Part shown: positions 1 through 31,227 of the stretch, one piece after another
How the letters are laid out: the number at the start of each line of letters is the position of its first letter
How positions within the stretch are numbered: the stretch's first letter is position 1
Source: the human T2T-CHM13v2.0 reference genome, Homo sapiens
Length of the DNA: 64,000 bases
Strand: one strand, 5' to 3'
NCBI RefSeq assembly: GCF_009914755.1
Contig: NC_060943.1
Notes under the pieces: model-generated
What the model was told of the DNA's origin: nothing
The model's input: only the letters and a program-made list of their open reading frames with translations
Database searches by the model: none
Translations under genes and position numbers: made by a program

Positions 1-167
1 AACAAGATCGGGACATGCAATAATGTGGTGAATGGGGGCAGGAAGGGGGCAGGAAGATACTGGGGTCTGCACAATGCGGGGAGAGGGGTTTTCCCTGCCC
101 CTCAATCTGAAATGGCAGCCCCTGTCTCTTGCTTTTCCCCCTACCCTCTCCCTGCTGTTGTTTTCTA

Positions 168-782
<615 letters not shown>

Positions 783-955
783 TAGTTTTCTGTTTGAGAT
801 TTCTTCATCACCCTCTGTCATGATGTTTGTCATCCGCCTCTCTCATCAGACTGGCCACCTACCTTGCCCCACCTGAAGGCAGAGAGTTTCGTCTGTCTTC
901 CTGAAAGGTAGGCAGAAAGATGTCAGCTGGGAGGGGCCTTCTAGATGGGTGTAAA

Positions 956-1285
956 CAGTGGTGTGCTTGTGAACCTGTTGTGGGGAGAGAAGAGGATTTG
1001 TAGTGTTTGCCAATTCCAGCGGTGTAAATTCTGCCACCTTGGCTGACTTCAAGCTGTGAATGTAAGATTTCCTTGACAGGGTGGGGGAAGTTTGAGGGGG
1101 CAAGGGGATTGTGAGGTGGTGTCCAGATGGGTGTAATCAATGATGAGCCGGTAAGCCAGCTGCAGAGAGGAGACCCAATTTGTAGTGTTTGCCAATTTCC
1201 ATGGTGTAAATTCTTCCCCCTTGGCTGAATTCAAGCTATGAGTGTGATGCCACTGAATCCCAACTTAGGAAGAGATTGCATAATG
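956..1285 (-). mobile_element. MER63-like hAT-Blackjack DNA transposon relic with internal 182-bp duplication
   Basis: TIR-like CAGTGGTGTGCT at 956; TTTGTAGTGTTTGCCAATT(T)CC...GGTGTAAAT...TTGGCTGA.TTCAAGCT at 997 and 1179, resembling MER63 consensus as recalled. Confidence 0.65.
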
Positions 1286-1611
1286 AAATGACTCTTGTGA
1301 GCCACTTTGACCCAGCTCAAGTATACCGTGGGGTGGAATCTCCTGGCCTGGAGTTGACCCTTTCTCCAGTTTGGGATTAGGAGGAAGGGAAGACAAGTAA
1401 GAGGGTGAAGCCAGTCTCCCTGTCTTCCTTCCATCCTGGGGCCATTCTACTCCCTGGGACCTCTGCTGGGGATGCTCTTCCATCAGATACTGATAACTGA
1501 GCTGTCCCCACCCATTCTGCATAGACCCCATCCAGGGCCCCTGCTGGGAAACCAAGAGTTTGTCCAAGTGGCGACATGGGGACCCCTACCCACTGCTATC
1601 TTTGCTGCCTC

Positions 1612-4422
<2,811 letters not shown>

Positions 4423-4564
4423 CAATGGGTTCTTACATATCAGCCTCCTAGGCATGGAACAGGGCGGAAGAAGATGAAGAGTGGCCCATATCCCAAAGAT
4501 ACACCGCTCAGTTTTCCTTATTCCCCTCTGCATGCAAAGACTTCAGACTTCCATCACTGTCTGA

Positions 4565-4947
<383 letters not shown>

Positions 4948-5037
4948 GAATCTCTTGTACTTTCAACTCCATCTCAGCATCAGCTTCTCAGAGGACCTGA
5001 ACTGATGCAAGGGGCACGTCTTCGTCAGCTTGGACTG

Positions 5038-6247
<1,210 letters not shown>

Positions 6248-6916
6248 GGACAAATGAAAAACATTCAGCATACAGCCAGCCTGCAAGCTCCCCAGTTACA
6301 TATAGACTCACAGACCTTTCATGAATAGTGGCTGGATCCCCTCATTACTTTGTAGTTCAACGACAGGAGGACTGGAGTGGGGGTCTGCTGGGCTGCATGC
6401 AGTGGCTAGTATATGTATGGATGGGGTGTTTGGGATGGATGTCAGAAGCCCCCCAAAGGTGTAATTGATGCAGGACAGTGTTCCAGAGCTGAAGATCATC
6501 CCCCACCCCCATGACATGGGTTCCCAGCCCCCCTGCCCATCAAGGTTGTCCAGAGGCAGCTGCATAAGGAACAAGAAAGCCCCAGCGGGTGGTGCACCAG
6601 CCCAGTTCTCCACCTCTCCAAGTCCAAGCTGAGCAGACATGGGTGACTGCTTTCTGGTTCTATATTTGGTCAGGAGGAGGATTTCCTGTCCTTGAAAAAA
6701 TTCCTGAGATCCTGGGAAGATGTGAAAGCCATGGCAATTTGAGGGGGGCAGGGAGGGGAAGGAATTGTATGCAGACAGTTCAGCTCAAATGAGAGGAGGA
6801 CAACTAGGACCCCAAGTTGCAAAGTCTGGCTGCAAAACCAGAAGCTTGTGATGGAGCCCCACACCCCAGGGAGACAGGAGAGCATGGTAGGTGTATATTT
6901 AAATTAAATCCAGCAG

Positions 6917-8300
<1,384 letters not shown>

Positions 8301-8314
8301 ATTAATTCATTAAA

Positions 8315-10500
<2,186 letters not shown>

Positions 10501-10639
10501 AGAACATGAAGACAGAGAGGCCAGCAGTGGTCCTGGGGACCCTATGAGAAGTAACTTTCTGAATTTTTTCTAAGAACCATGAGAAACCACAGTGCAATTT
10601 CAAGCCAACACATGATGTCATCTGATTTAAGATTCCTAC

Positions 10640-14050
<3,411 letters not shown>

Positions 14051-14129
14051 AGTTCCAGGAAAAGTAATTCCAATTCCAGCAACCGGATTTTGGGCTCAGT
14101 TCGGAGGCTAGCCTGCAAGCCTTGCTGGT

Positions 14130-14550
14130 GGGTGGCCTGTAGGGGTGACAGGAAACCCCCCGGGCCTCCGCTCTTTAGGGGAGGGGGAGCCTCGCCCTTG
14201 CCCCCCTCCGGGACGAGCGGGCAGATCTAAAAGCTTCCCTACCGCCGCCCAGGCGGTCGATAGCAGACTCCCAGGCTCCGTTTCTGCCTGCCCGGCAGCC
14301 CGGGCCCTTCCCGCCAGCCCAGCCCCTGGGAGGGGACCCGAGCCGGGCGGAGCCTCCTCCGGAGCCGCACGCCGGGCTCGGCTCACCCTCCCCGGATGCC
14401 GCTCCTCCTCCATCCCCAGAAGTTTCAGCCACTGAGATTCCCCTTGTCCCGGAGGCTGGAGGGGAAGACCCAGGCGGCTGCGCTTTGGAGGCTGGACCAT
14501 CGTGGGGCCTGTCTGTGCCCACTTTTCCCCCATTCAAGAGTTACCACGGC
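14130..14550. promoter_or_regulatory. Small CpG island / candidate promoter of a non-coding transcript
   Basis: Non-Alu, very GC-rich, many CpGs, GC boxes (GGGCGG, CCGCCC). Confidence 0.6.
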
Positions 14551-14663
14551 CAGGCGCAGTTGCTCAGGCCTGCAAACCCAGCACTTTGGGATGGCAAGAC
14601 AGGAGGATCGCTTGAGCCCAGGAGCTTGAGAACAGCCTGGACAACATGGTAAGACCGCATCAC

Positions 14664-14700
<37 letters not shown>

Positions 14701-14816
14701 TGGGCGCGGTGGCTCACGCCTGTAATCCCGGCACTTTGGGAGGCCAAGACCGGCAGATCACAAGGTCAGGAGATTGAGACCATCCTGGCTAACACGGTGA
14801 AAACCCGTCTCTACTA

Positions 14817-15412
<596 letters not shown>

Positions 15413-15479
15413 CTAGACACCCTTTTTACTGGGAGTCTGGGTTACAGGGTTACATTAACCAGAACCTTAAAGAGAAAAA

Positions 15480-15670
15480 TACTGTAATTGCGAAAACGAC
15501 CAGCCTTTTAAAATGGAACAAAAGAGACTAGAAAATATCAGAACCCACTGCACAGTAGAAATATGACTATGACTTCCTGAAACTTTTGTTTTAGTTCCAA
15601 ACCTGGGTAGAAGGCCTACGTTGCAATGTAAAAAATTAATTCTTTGATTTGTGATCAAAGTGCTTGAAAG
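15480..15670. mobile_element. MER103-like hAT-Charlie relic
   Basis: gaccagc.ttttaaaatggaa...tagaaaatatcaga...tgaaacttttgtttt resembles recalled MER103 consensus. Confidence 0.5.
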
Positions 15671-15762
15671 ATGTGGTTATATATGATGTTTGAAATTGGT
15701 TTTCTTTTTTTTTAATTAATATATCACAGAGGTCACGCTGTGTCAATGAATATAAGTTTTAG

Positions 15763-16551
<789 letters not shown>

Positions 16552-16591
16552 TGATGAGAAAATCTGGGAACCGTAACAATAAACCATATGA

Positions 16592-17012
<421 letters not shown>

Positions 17013-17095
17013 TGACTGATTATATCCCTGACATAAATTCCTAGAGGTGGATTTGCTGGGTCAGAGAATCCACATGCTTAAAGGTTTAATACTAA

Positions 17096-17194
<99 letters not shown>

Positions 17195-17296
17195 TGAGAT
17201 CAGGAGTTTGAGACCAGCCTGGGCAAGTCGTGAGACCCCATGTTACAAAAAGTTTTTAAAAAATTAGCTGGGTGTGGTGACGTGTACCTGTAGTCA

Positions 17297-17416
<120 letters not shown>

Positions 17417-18292
17417 TTAAAAAAAAAAAAGTTGTGTCAATTTAAACTCCCATGACCATGCTCAAGTGTGCATTCCCAAAACTTCACACACACTCATAAG
17501 CTTGACAAGGAAAAGTGATTCTTCAGCTGAACGGTCAGATTGAGCATCTTTACAGAGGTTTGTTAAGCTCTCACTCCTTTGTGAACCCCCTATTCAAGCC
17601 CTGTGCCAATTTCACATTTGGGATGTTTGTCTTTTTTTTCTTATTGATTCATATGTGCTTTTTGTATATTAAGGCTCTTAATGATTTGTCTGCCATATAC
17701 GTGGCAAACAATCTAATCTCCCTTGATCTTTTCTTTTCCTTTTTTTTCTTGAGATAGAGCCTCACTCCGTTGCCCAGGCTGGAATGCAGTGGCACCATAA
17801 TAGCTCACCGCAATCACTGCAGCATCAACCTCCTGGGCTCAAGCCATCCTCCTGCCTCAGCCTCCTGAGTAGCTGGGACTACAGGTGTGTGCCACCATGC
17901 CCAGACAAATTTTTAAAAATTATTTTTGTAGGGATGGGGTCTCACTATGTTGCCCAGGCTGGCTATCTCCTCTGATCTGGGACTCCAGCTAGATCTCCTT
18001 TTATTGCCCAACTGGCCTCAATGAACATTTCTCTTCTGTCTAGGCCTCATTGCAGGTTGCATTTTATTGGCGGTTCCTCCAGAAACAAAAGCAGAGACTT
18101 TGAGATCTTATGAACCTCAGTCTTACCCAGAACACTTGAAGAACCCTTCAGCTTTCCATGGCAAGAAAGCTCAGGCCCTGGGGCCAGAAGCCACGGCTTT
18201 GTGTCTGGGTTCTGTAGTTTACTGCTATGGCTCCAGTTTCTGATTCCTCCAAGTTAAGATGGGTTGGTAAATTCTGCCACGCAGAATGCGCT

Positions 18293-18446
18293 TCTAGCCA
18301 CGCCCACTGTGTATCAAACCATGCCCACTGTACATAAACCACGCCCTCTCATCTAGCTACGCCCACCAATCGTCTAGCCACGCCCACCTGCGAGTGGAGA
18401 GGCGTGATTAGAGCATTAAAGAGAGAGGCGTGATTAGAGCATTAAA
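18293..18446. repeat. Five ~20-bp units each carrying CCACGCCC-like motif, followed by a 24-bp direct repeat
   Basis: Motifs at 18298, 18319, 18339, 18357, 18378; GAGAGGCGTGATTAGAGCATTAAA at 18397-18420 and 18423-18446. Confidence 0.85.
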
Positions 18447-18537
18447 AAGAAGTGAAGAACCGAAATAGTGAGGATCCTGGGCCAGGGGGAGGAGGAGGGA
18501 GAAGATCCCCTGGCCTCGATGGCTGGCAATTCCTTCA

Positions 18538-19187
<650 letters not shown>

Positions 19188-19628
19188 TAGTCTTGAACTC
19201 CTGACCTCAAGTGATCCGCCCGCCTCAGCCTCCCAAAGTGCTGGGATTACAGGTGTGAGCCACCACGCCCGGCCCTCACCCGCTCTTTAAAATATCCCTA
19301 CCAGGGTCAATGGTTTATCTGTGCCTCAGTGTTCCCATCTGTAAAATGAGGATAATTTTAAGGATTACCTGAGTTAGCATCTGTGAAGGGGTTAGAATGG
19401 TACCTGGCACATAGTAGGCACTCAATAAATGGCATCACTGATATGGTTCCACGGATGGTTGTATTATTAATAGGAATAAAGTGTGGGATGGAAAAACGTT
19501 GCTCTGGGCACCTGGAACCAGCCCCAGGGGCACGTGGGGCTCTACACAGGCTCTTTACCCCATGCCAGCGGGAGGACACTTTGGGGGGAAACTGAGGCAC
19601 TGACAATCCCCTGCCTTCCCAGCCCTGA

Positions 19629-20213
<585 letters not shown>

Positions 20214-20489
20214 TAATTTTTGTATTTTTTTTTAGTAGAGAGGGAGTTTCACCAGGTTGGCCAGGCTGGTCTCAAACTCCTGATCCCAAGTGATCCGCCT
20301 GTCTTGGCCTCCCAAATTGCTGGGATTACAGGTGTGAGCCACTGCGCCCGGCCCCTTTTGAACATGCTCTATGCTTTATTTGTTCTTTTTATCCTCTGTC
20401 TCCCCCTCCCCAGAATGTCAACACCCACTCATGTCCCCCACGCACTCCTGGGCACGCTGACCCCACAGCTTCTAAGAACCAGCTCCTGA

Positions 20490-20790
20490 GAAGTGGCTCT
20501 GGCTGCTGAGTGGGTGGAAAGTATGGAGAACAAACACTCTCCTGGAGCAGACCTTGAGCAATGGCTGATGGGAGTTGGTGGATAAATATCCCAGCTCCCT
20601 CGCCCCTAGGTGGGCACCCTCTGAAGAGTGTGCTCTATTTGATTTCAGCATTCTCCAGCATAATTGAGTTGCCCACGGTGGAAACTGGCTCATAAACACC
20701 CTTCATTGGCTACCTGCCCTTCCCTTCCTCACTCTCCTTCTCCCCTACCCATGCTTACTGAGATCATCTCTCAGATCAACCATATCCTAG
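20490..20790. mobile_element. LTR16-family (ERVL) LTR fragment
   Basis: gatgggagttggtggataaatatcccagctccctcgcccc...acccttcattggct...ccttcctcactc. Confidence 0.65.
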
Positions 20791-20869
20791 ATCTCCCAGC
20801 CCCTTTGGAGTTCAGGCAAACCAGAGAGGGACTCAATACCCAAGGAACAGGTTAAGAAAGCCTCTGCAA

Positions 20870-23362
<2,493 letters not shown>

Positions 23363-24384
23363 GATAGCCCCATTTTACAGACAGAAAACTGATACCCAGG
23401 TACATGGATTCCCTGTGAGCAGATCACACCGCTGGTAAGAGGCAGAGCTGGTCTCAGTGGCTGCTGAGCCCTTACGTGTATATGACATGAAACGCACATG
23501 GTCATTTATGTATTCCAACAACCTTGCAAGGCAGAAAATACCTTCATGTTATAGATGAGGAAACGGAGGCAAGGAGCGAGTAAGCAACTTGCCTGAGGTC
23601 AGGTGGGTGCCAGAGCAGGGACTTGAGCCTCGGTAGCTGACCATGGGACCCTCTGGGGGACCACGGGCTCCATCTCCTGGGCGTTGGAGTGAGGGTCTCT
23701 TTCAGCACAAATGTTCCATAGCCATAGGGAGAAACAGGGACTGCAGCCTAGTCCCCCAGGACTGGGCCAGGGAGAAGCCCTGACTGGTTAAGACCTTCCA
23801 GGTAGGCTGGGCGTGGTGGCTCACACCTGTAATCCCAGCACTTTGAGAGGCCAAGGCAGGCAGATCACGAGGTCAGGAGTTCGAGACCGGCCTGGGCAAC
23901 ATGGCGAGACTGCATCTCAAAAAAACGACAAAAGACGTTTCAGGTGGCGCTACCCATAGGCCCTGCTCTTGGTCCAGGCAGCAACTGCCACGCTCTGGGG
24001 ACCCCAGTCAGCTTCTAGGTATTTCAGAGCCTGAGGATCTACCAGAGCCGCTCTCACCGCACAGGGGGTTTTTAATGAATGCTAATTAATATCTGTGTTC
24101 ACAGAGCCAGCCAGGCCCCTGGGCCTGGAGCATCCACAGGAGGAAAGTACAAGAACCCTGGCACCCTGCCAAGCAGCAGGGATTCTTCAGACACCCAAGG
24201 GCTGGTTTGCTGGGAAGGACTCATGTGACCAGAAGGGGAAACTGAGGCACTGCTGAGCACCAACAGTCCTGGAGAGCTTTAAGAATGGTTGCCATCTGAG
24301 GCCAGGCATGGTGGTTTATGCCTGTAATCCCAGCACTTTGGGAGGCCAAGGCAGGCAAATCACTTGAGGTCAGGAGTTCGAGGC

Positions 24385-25206
<822 letters not shown>

Positions 25207-26149
25207 GAGACCAGCCTGGTCATCATGGTGAAACCCTGTGTCTACCAAAAATACAAAGATTAGCCAGGCATGGTGGTGCACACCTCTAATCCCAGCTACT
25301 TGGGAGGCTGAGGCAGGAGAATCTCTTGAACCCATGAGACGGGAGGCAGAGGTTGCAGTGAGCTGAGATTGTGCCACTGCACTCCAGCCTGGGCAACAGA
25401 GTGATACCCTGCCCTGTCCCCTTCCCACCACAAACACACAAGAATGGTTGCCATTTGAAAGGAACAAAGAAATGGGTATTGGAGACCCCAGAGCCATCAG
25501 CTTCCACAAGAGCTCTGGACCTCACCCCAGCCTCAGCTTCCTCATCAGTAAATGGGAACATGAATTCCTTTCCTTATATGTAGTAGGCATAAGAACTCAT
25601 TAAGCATTTATGCATGTGAAATGCTTTGCAGATAATCAGTTTCCAATAGGTGTTAACTCCCTTTCCCTGACTGTGCCTCAGTTTTCCTCTTGGGCATACA
25701 AGAAGCTGGCAGGGCTTTGAGGCTACCCTCTGGGAGAGCTTTGGGCATGGTGCCTTGACTCAGACCTCGGAGCAAGTACGAAAAATCACTTCCGATCGGC
25801 CTCATTAATAACACAGTTGCTAATGTGGCAGTAAGACAGTTCCCTGGCCCCTGATTAAAAACAGAAGTTTCCCCCACATTCGTGGAGATGGAGCAGAAGG
25901 GAAAACAAAGACAAGCACACTTGTGCCAGATAAATACAGACGCAAACACATGCATGGCAGATAAACACACACTGGCACACCAAATATACACACAGCCGGC
26001 TGCAGACATCCGGGTGGGCTCGCACAGCCCGAAGAGACCAAAAGCCCGGGTGGGCTCGCACAAAAAGGAACAGAAACCGCTGCAGAGATGTCCCGCTGGA
26101 CCCTGGCCACATCTGGGACCTGATCACTTCAGTGTACTTGAACAGGAGA

Positions 26150-26410
26150 CAGAGTGTGGGAAATTGACATCCCTGGGAGTAGCCCTGAGCCAGAAATGGA
26201 ATGAGTTGGTGGATAAATACCCCAGCTCCCTCCCCAGCATATGCCTAATCCACAGTCTCCCAGAGACCCCTGGAGGGATCAGGCCCCAGTTTTCCGTAGT
26301 GACAACCTGTTTGATATCCCTTGTCATCTCTCTTCTCCCCTCCCCAGGTTTCCTGTGTTCATTTCCCAAATAAACCACTTGCCCTCCAACCCTCTATCAG
26401 GGTCTGTTTC
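26150..26410. mobile_element. LTR16-family LTR fragment
   Basis: gagttggtggataaataccccagctccctcccc...ttcccaaataaaccacttgc. Confidence 0.6.
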
Positions 26411-26439
26411 TGACCTGTATGTGTACCTCCCAGAAGTAT

Positions 26440-27120
<681 letters not shown>

Positions 27121-27301
27121 TCTACGGGAAGCCACTGGGCCCCACGTGGAAACAGCTCAGTGCACGCACATTATTCAAATGCAGACACAGTGGGTGCACC
27201 GGCAGCATTAGACCACACATACCCACTGTGCACCAAGTCCTTGAACTAAGGAAACAGCAGGATCATCCACACCTGGTGTGTTTTCCTACCAAGATGTATA
27301 A

Positions 27302-27812
<511 letters not shown>

Positions 27813-28096
27813 TAGACATGCTTTTGAAGGCAAAGAGGGTAGGATGAAAGGAGACCCTCCCCACCATCATCTCGGAATTGAGATAAGGAGGGACAGGAAG
27901 GGCTTTAGCTTCCCAGAGGGAATCCTGTATCACTTTGGGTAACTAGAAAATCTATTGAAAAATGTTTTTAGGCTGGGCGAGGTAGTGCTCACCTGAAATC
28001 TCAGCACTGAGGGAGCCTGAAGCAGGAGGATGTCTTGAGCCCAAGAGTTGGAGACCAACCCGGGCAACATGGCAAGACTTCTCGTCTCTGCAATAA

Positions 28097-28492
<396 letters not shown>

Positions 28493-29189
28493 TAATCCCA
28501 GCACTTTAGGAAGCTGAGGCGGGCAGATCACTTGAGGTCAGGAGTTTCACACCAGCCTGGTCAACGTGGTGAAACCCTGTCTCTACTAAAAATACAAAAA
28601 ATTAGCTGGGCGTGGTGGCGCGTGCCTGTAATCCCAGCTACTCGGGAGTCTGAGGCAGGAGATGGCTTGAACCTAGGAGGCAGAGGTTGCACTGAGCCAA
28701 GATCCTGCCACTGCACTCCAGCCTGAGTGACAGAGCAAAACCGTGTCTCAAACAAACAAACAAACAAAATGGGCTGACTCTGGACTCACACAGGCCTGGT
28801 GTCTCCAATCCCAGCCTTGCCATTTTCTGGCTCTATGAACCTGGGTGAGCCGCATCGCCTCCCTGAGCCTCAGTTTCCCCATCTGTAAAACGGGGATTCA
28901 CCCATTCACCATTCCACAAATGTGCACCCAAGACCCACTGACACCAAGCGCTGCGCCCAGCTCTAACCTATATAAAGTTAAGGAAGAACACGAACATGGT
29001 AAGTGCGTCTCCCCCTCCCCCAGGCATGGAGCTGCTGAACTAGTTTTGGGAATGGAATCAGAGCACGCGTGGACAGATGGAGGGAGCCCTCAGCTGCCCG
29101 GACTCTGCAGCCCACCACCCCCACTCTTCTCAGATCCCCCTCGTTTGACCAAAAAGCCCCTCTACCACGAGGTAGGACCCCAAGCAGGA

Positions 29190-29420
29190 TCCCAGGGACT
29201 GGCGTCCAAATCCGGGCCAGGAACTGACCCCAGCAGCCAGACCCGGGACGGGGCTAAAGCTCGGGTTTTTCCACCTCCGCTTCCCGCCACTGCAGCGCGG
29301 GGAGCGAGCGCCACCTGTGGGCCTCCAAGGGGAGGTGCGTGCGACTCCCGGGGAGGTGGACGGTCGCCCCCGTTTCTCCCCAACCCGGGGGACCTCGGGC
29401 CCTCCAGGAGTTTCGGAAAC
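29190..29420. promoter_or_regulatory. CpG-rich patch with CTCF-like and E2F-like motifs
   Basis: Dense CpGs; TTCCCGCC at 29281; GAGCGCCACCTGTGGGC at 29306-29322. Confidence 0.5.
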
Positions 29421-29494
29421 AGCTCTCATCTCTTAAATTCTCCTCCACAACCCACTTTTCCAGGCTGCCATTTCCCAGCTAGAACTCGTCGTCC

Positions 29495-30430
29495 ATGCAT
29501 TCATGCAACATTTATTGAGCACCTACTGTGTGTATTGAGCAAACCTAGATCATTGCTCTAGGTTTAGAGTACACAGAAGACAGAATGGGGCTGGCTCAGG
29601 CCTGTAACCCCAGCCACTCAGGAGGCTGAGGTGGGAGGATCACTTGAGCCCAGAAGATGGAGGCTGCTGTGAGTCATGATGGCACCATTGCACTCCAGTC
29701 TGAGAAACACAGCGATACCCTGTCTCTAAAAGTAAAAAGAGGCCAGGTACAGTGGCTCGGCCAGGCACGGTGGCTCACGCCTGTAATTCCAGCACTTTGG
29801 GAGGCCAAGGCGTGCGGATCACGAGGTCAGCAGTTCGATACCAGCCTGACCGACATGGTGAAACCCCCTCTCTACTAAAAATACAAAAATTAGCCAGGCG
29901 TGGTGGCGGGCGCCTGTAATCCCAGCTACTCAGGAGGCTGAGGCAGGAGAATTACTTGAACCCAGGAGACGGAGGTTGCAGTGAGCAGAGATCGTGTCAC
30001 TGCACTCCAGCCTGGGCGACAGAGCAAGACTCCATCTCAAAAAAAAGAAAAAAAATGGAAACAAAACAGATAAACCTCCATGCCCTTCTGGAGCTTACAG
30101 TCCAAGGGAAGAGAGAAGAGAGGAGGAAGAGGACAACAGGCTGCAAGATCATTGCTGATGGCAGTAAGTGCAATAAGTGTTCTGAAGGAGAAAGTATATA
30201 CAGGGATGTCACTGAAGCACCTGCTGTGGGTAGAGTGGGTGGAGTGGGCTCTGAGGAAGTGACGCTTATCCTGAGGCCTGAGAAGAATAAAGCCCCAGCC
30301 ATGCCGAGTCTGGAGCCAGGATTTCCAGTAGAAGGCGCAGCCAGCGCAAAGGCCCTGTGGCAGAAAGGAGCTCGGGTGTTGAACAGTGGGAAAGGAGGTC
30401 ACAGTAGCCAGAGCCGAGAGATGAAGAAAC
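29495..30430. mobile_element. L2 3' fragment interrupted by Alus
   Basis: cattcatgcaacatttattgagcacctactgtgtg; gcccttctggagcttacagtc; gcgcaaaggccctgtgg. Confidence 0.65.
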
Positions 30431-30741
30431 AGGTGGGCTGCGATGTCAAGGCCTATTTTGGAGACAAATCTGATCTCTCACTCCCCCTGAGGAGTCACCT
30501 CCTAAAAGCCCGAGGGGAGAAGAAGGCTCACACTGAGCTAAAAGCCCTCCAACACCACCAGCTGCACCCTTCTCGTCGCCCACCCACAGATATGGTGTCG
30601 CCCACAGAAAGAAGCCCTGGCCCATGCACTGTCCCCCTACCCACCCCACCACTCTCCCAGGACTTTGCCTCTGACCATATTGACCCCAATTATGCAGTTA
30701 AGGTGCACGTGGTCGGCTCTGCTTGCAAAGTCCCCTTCTTA

Positions 30742-31227
<486 letters not shown>

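Noticed and set aside
18293-18446. CRISPR-like repeat-spacer appearance of the short repeat array
   Set aside because: Eukaryotic context, 8-bp degenerate motifs, no unique 30-40-bp spacers, no cas genes
27186-27230. 10-bp inverted repeat CACAGTGGGT/ACCCACTGTG as a possible pre-miRNA
   Set aside because: Stem too short and does not extend; expected by chance in 64 kb
28845-29561. 238-aa Pro-rich ORF
   Set aside because: Starts in MIR, ends in L2, GC-rich chance ORF without splice or domain support
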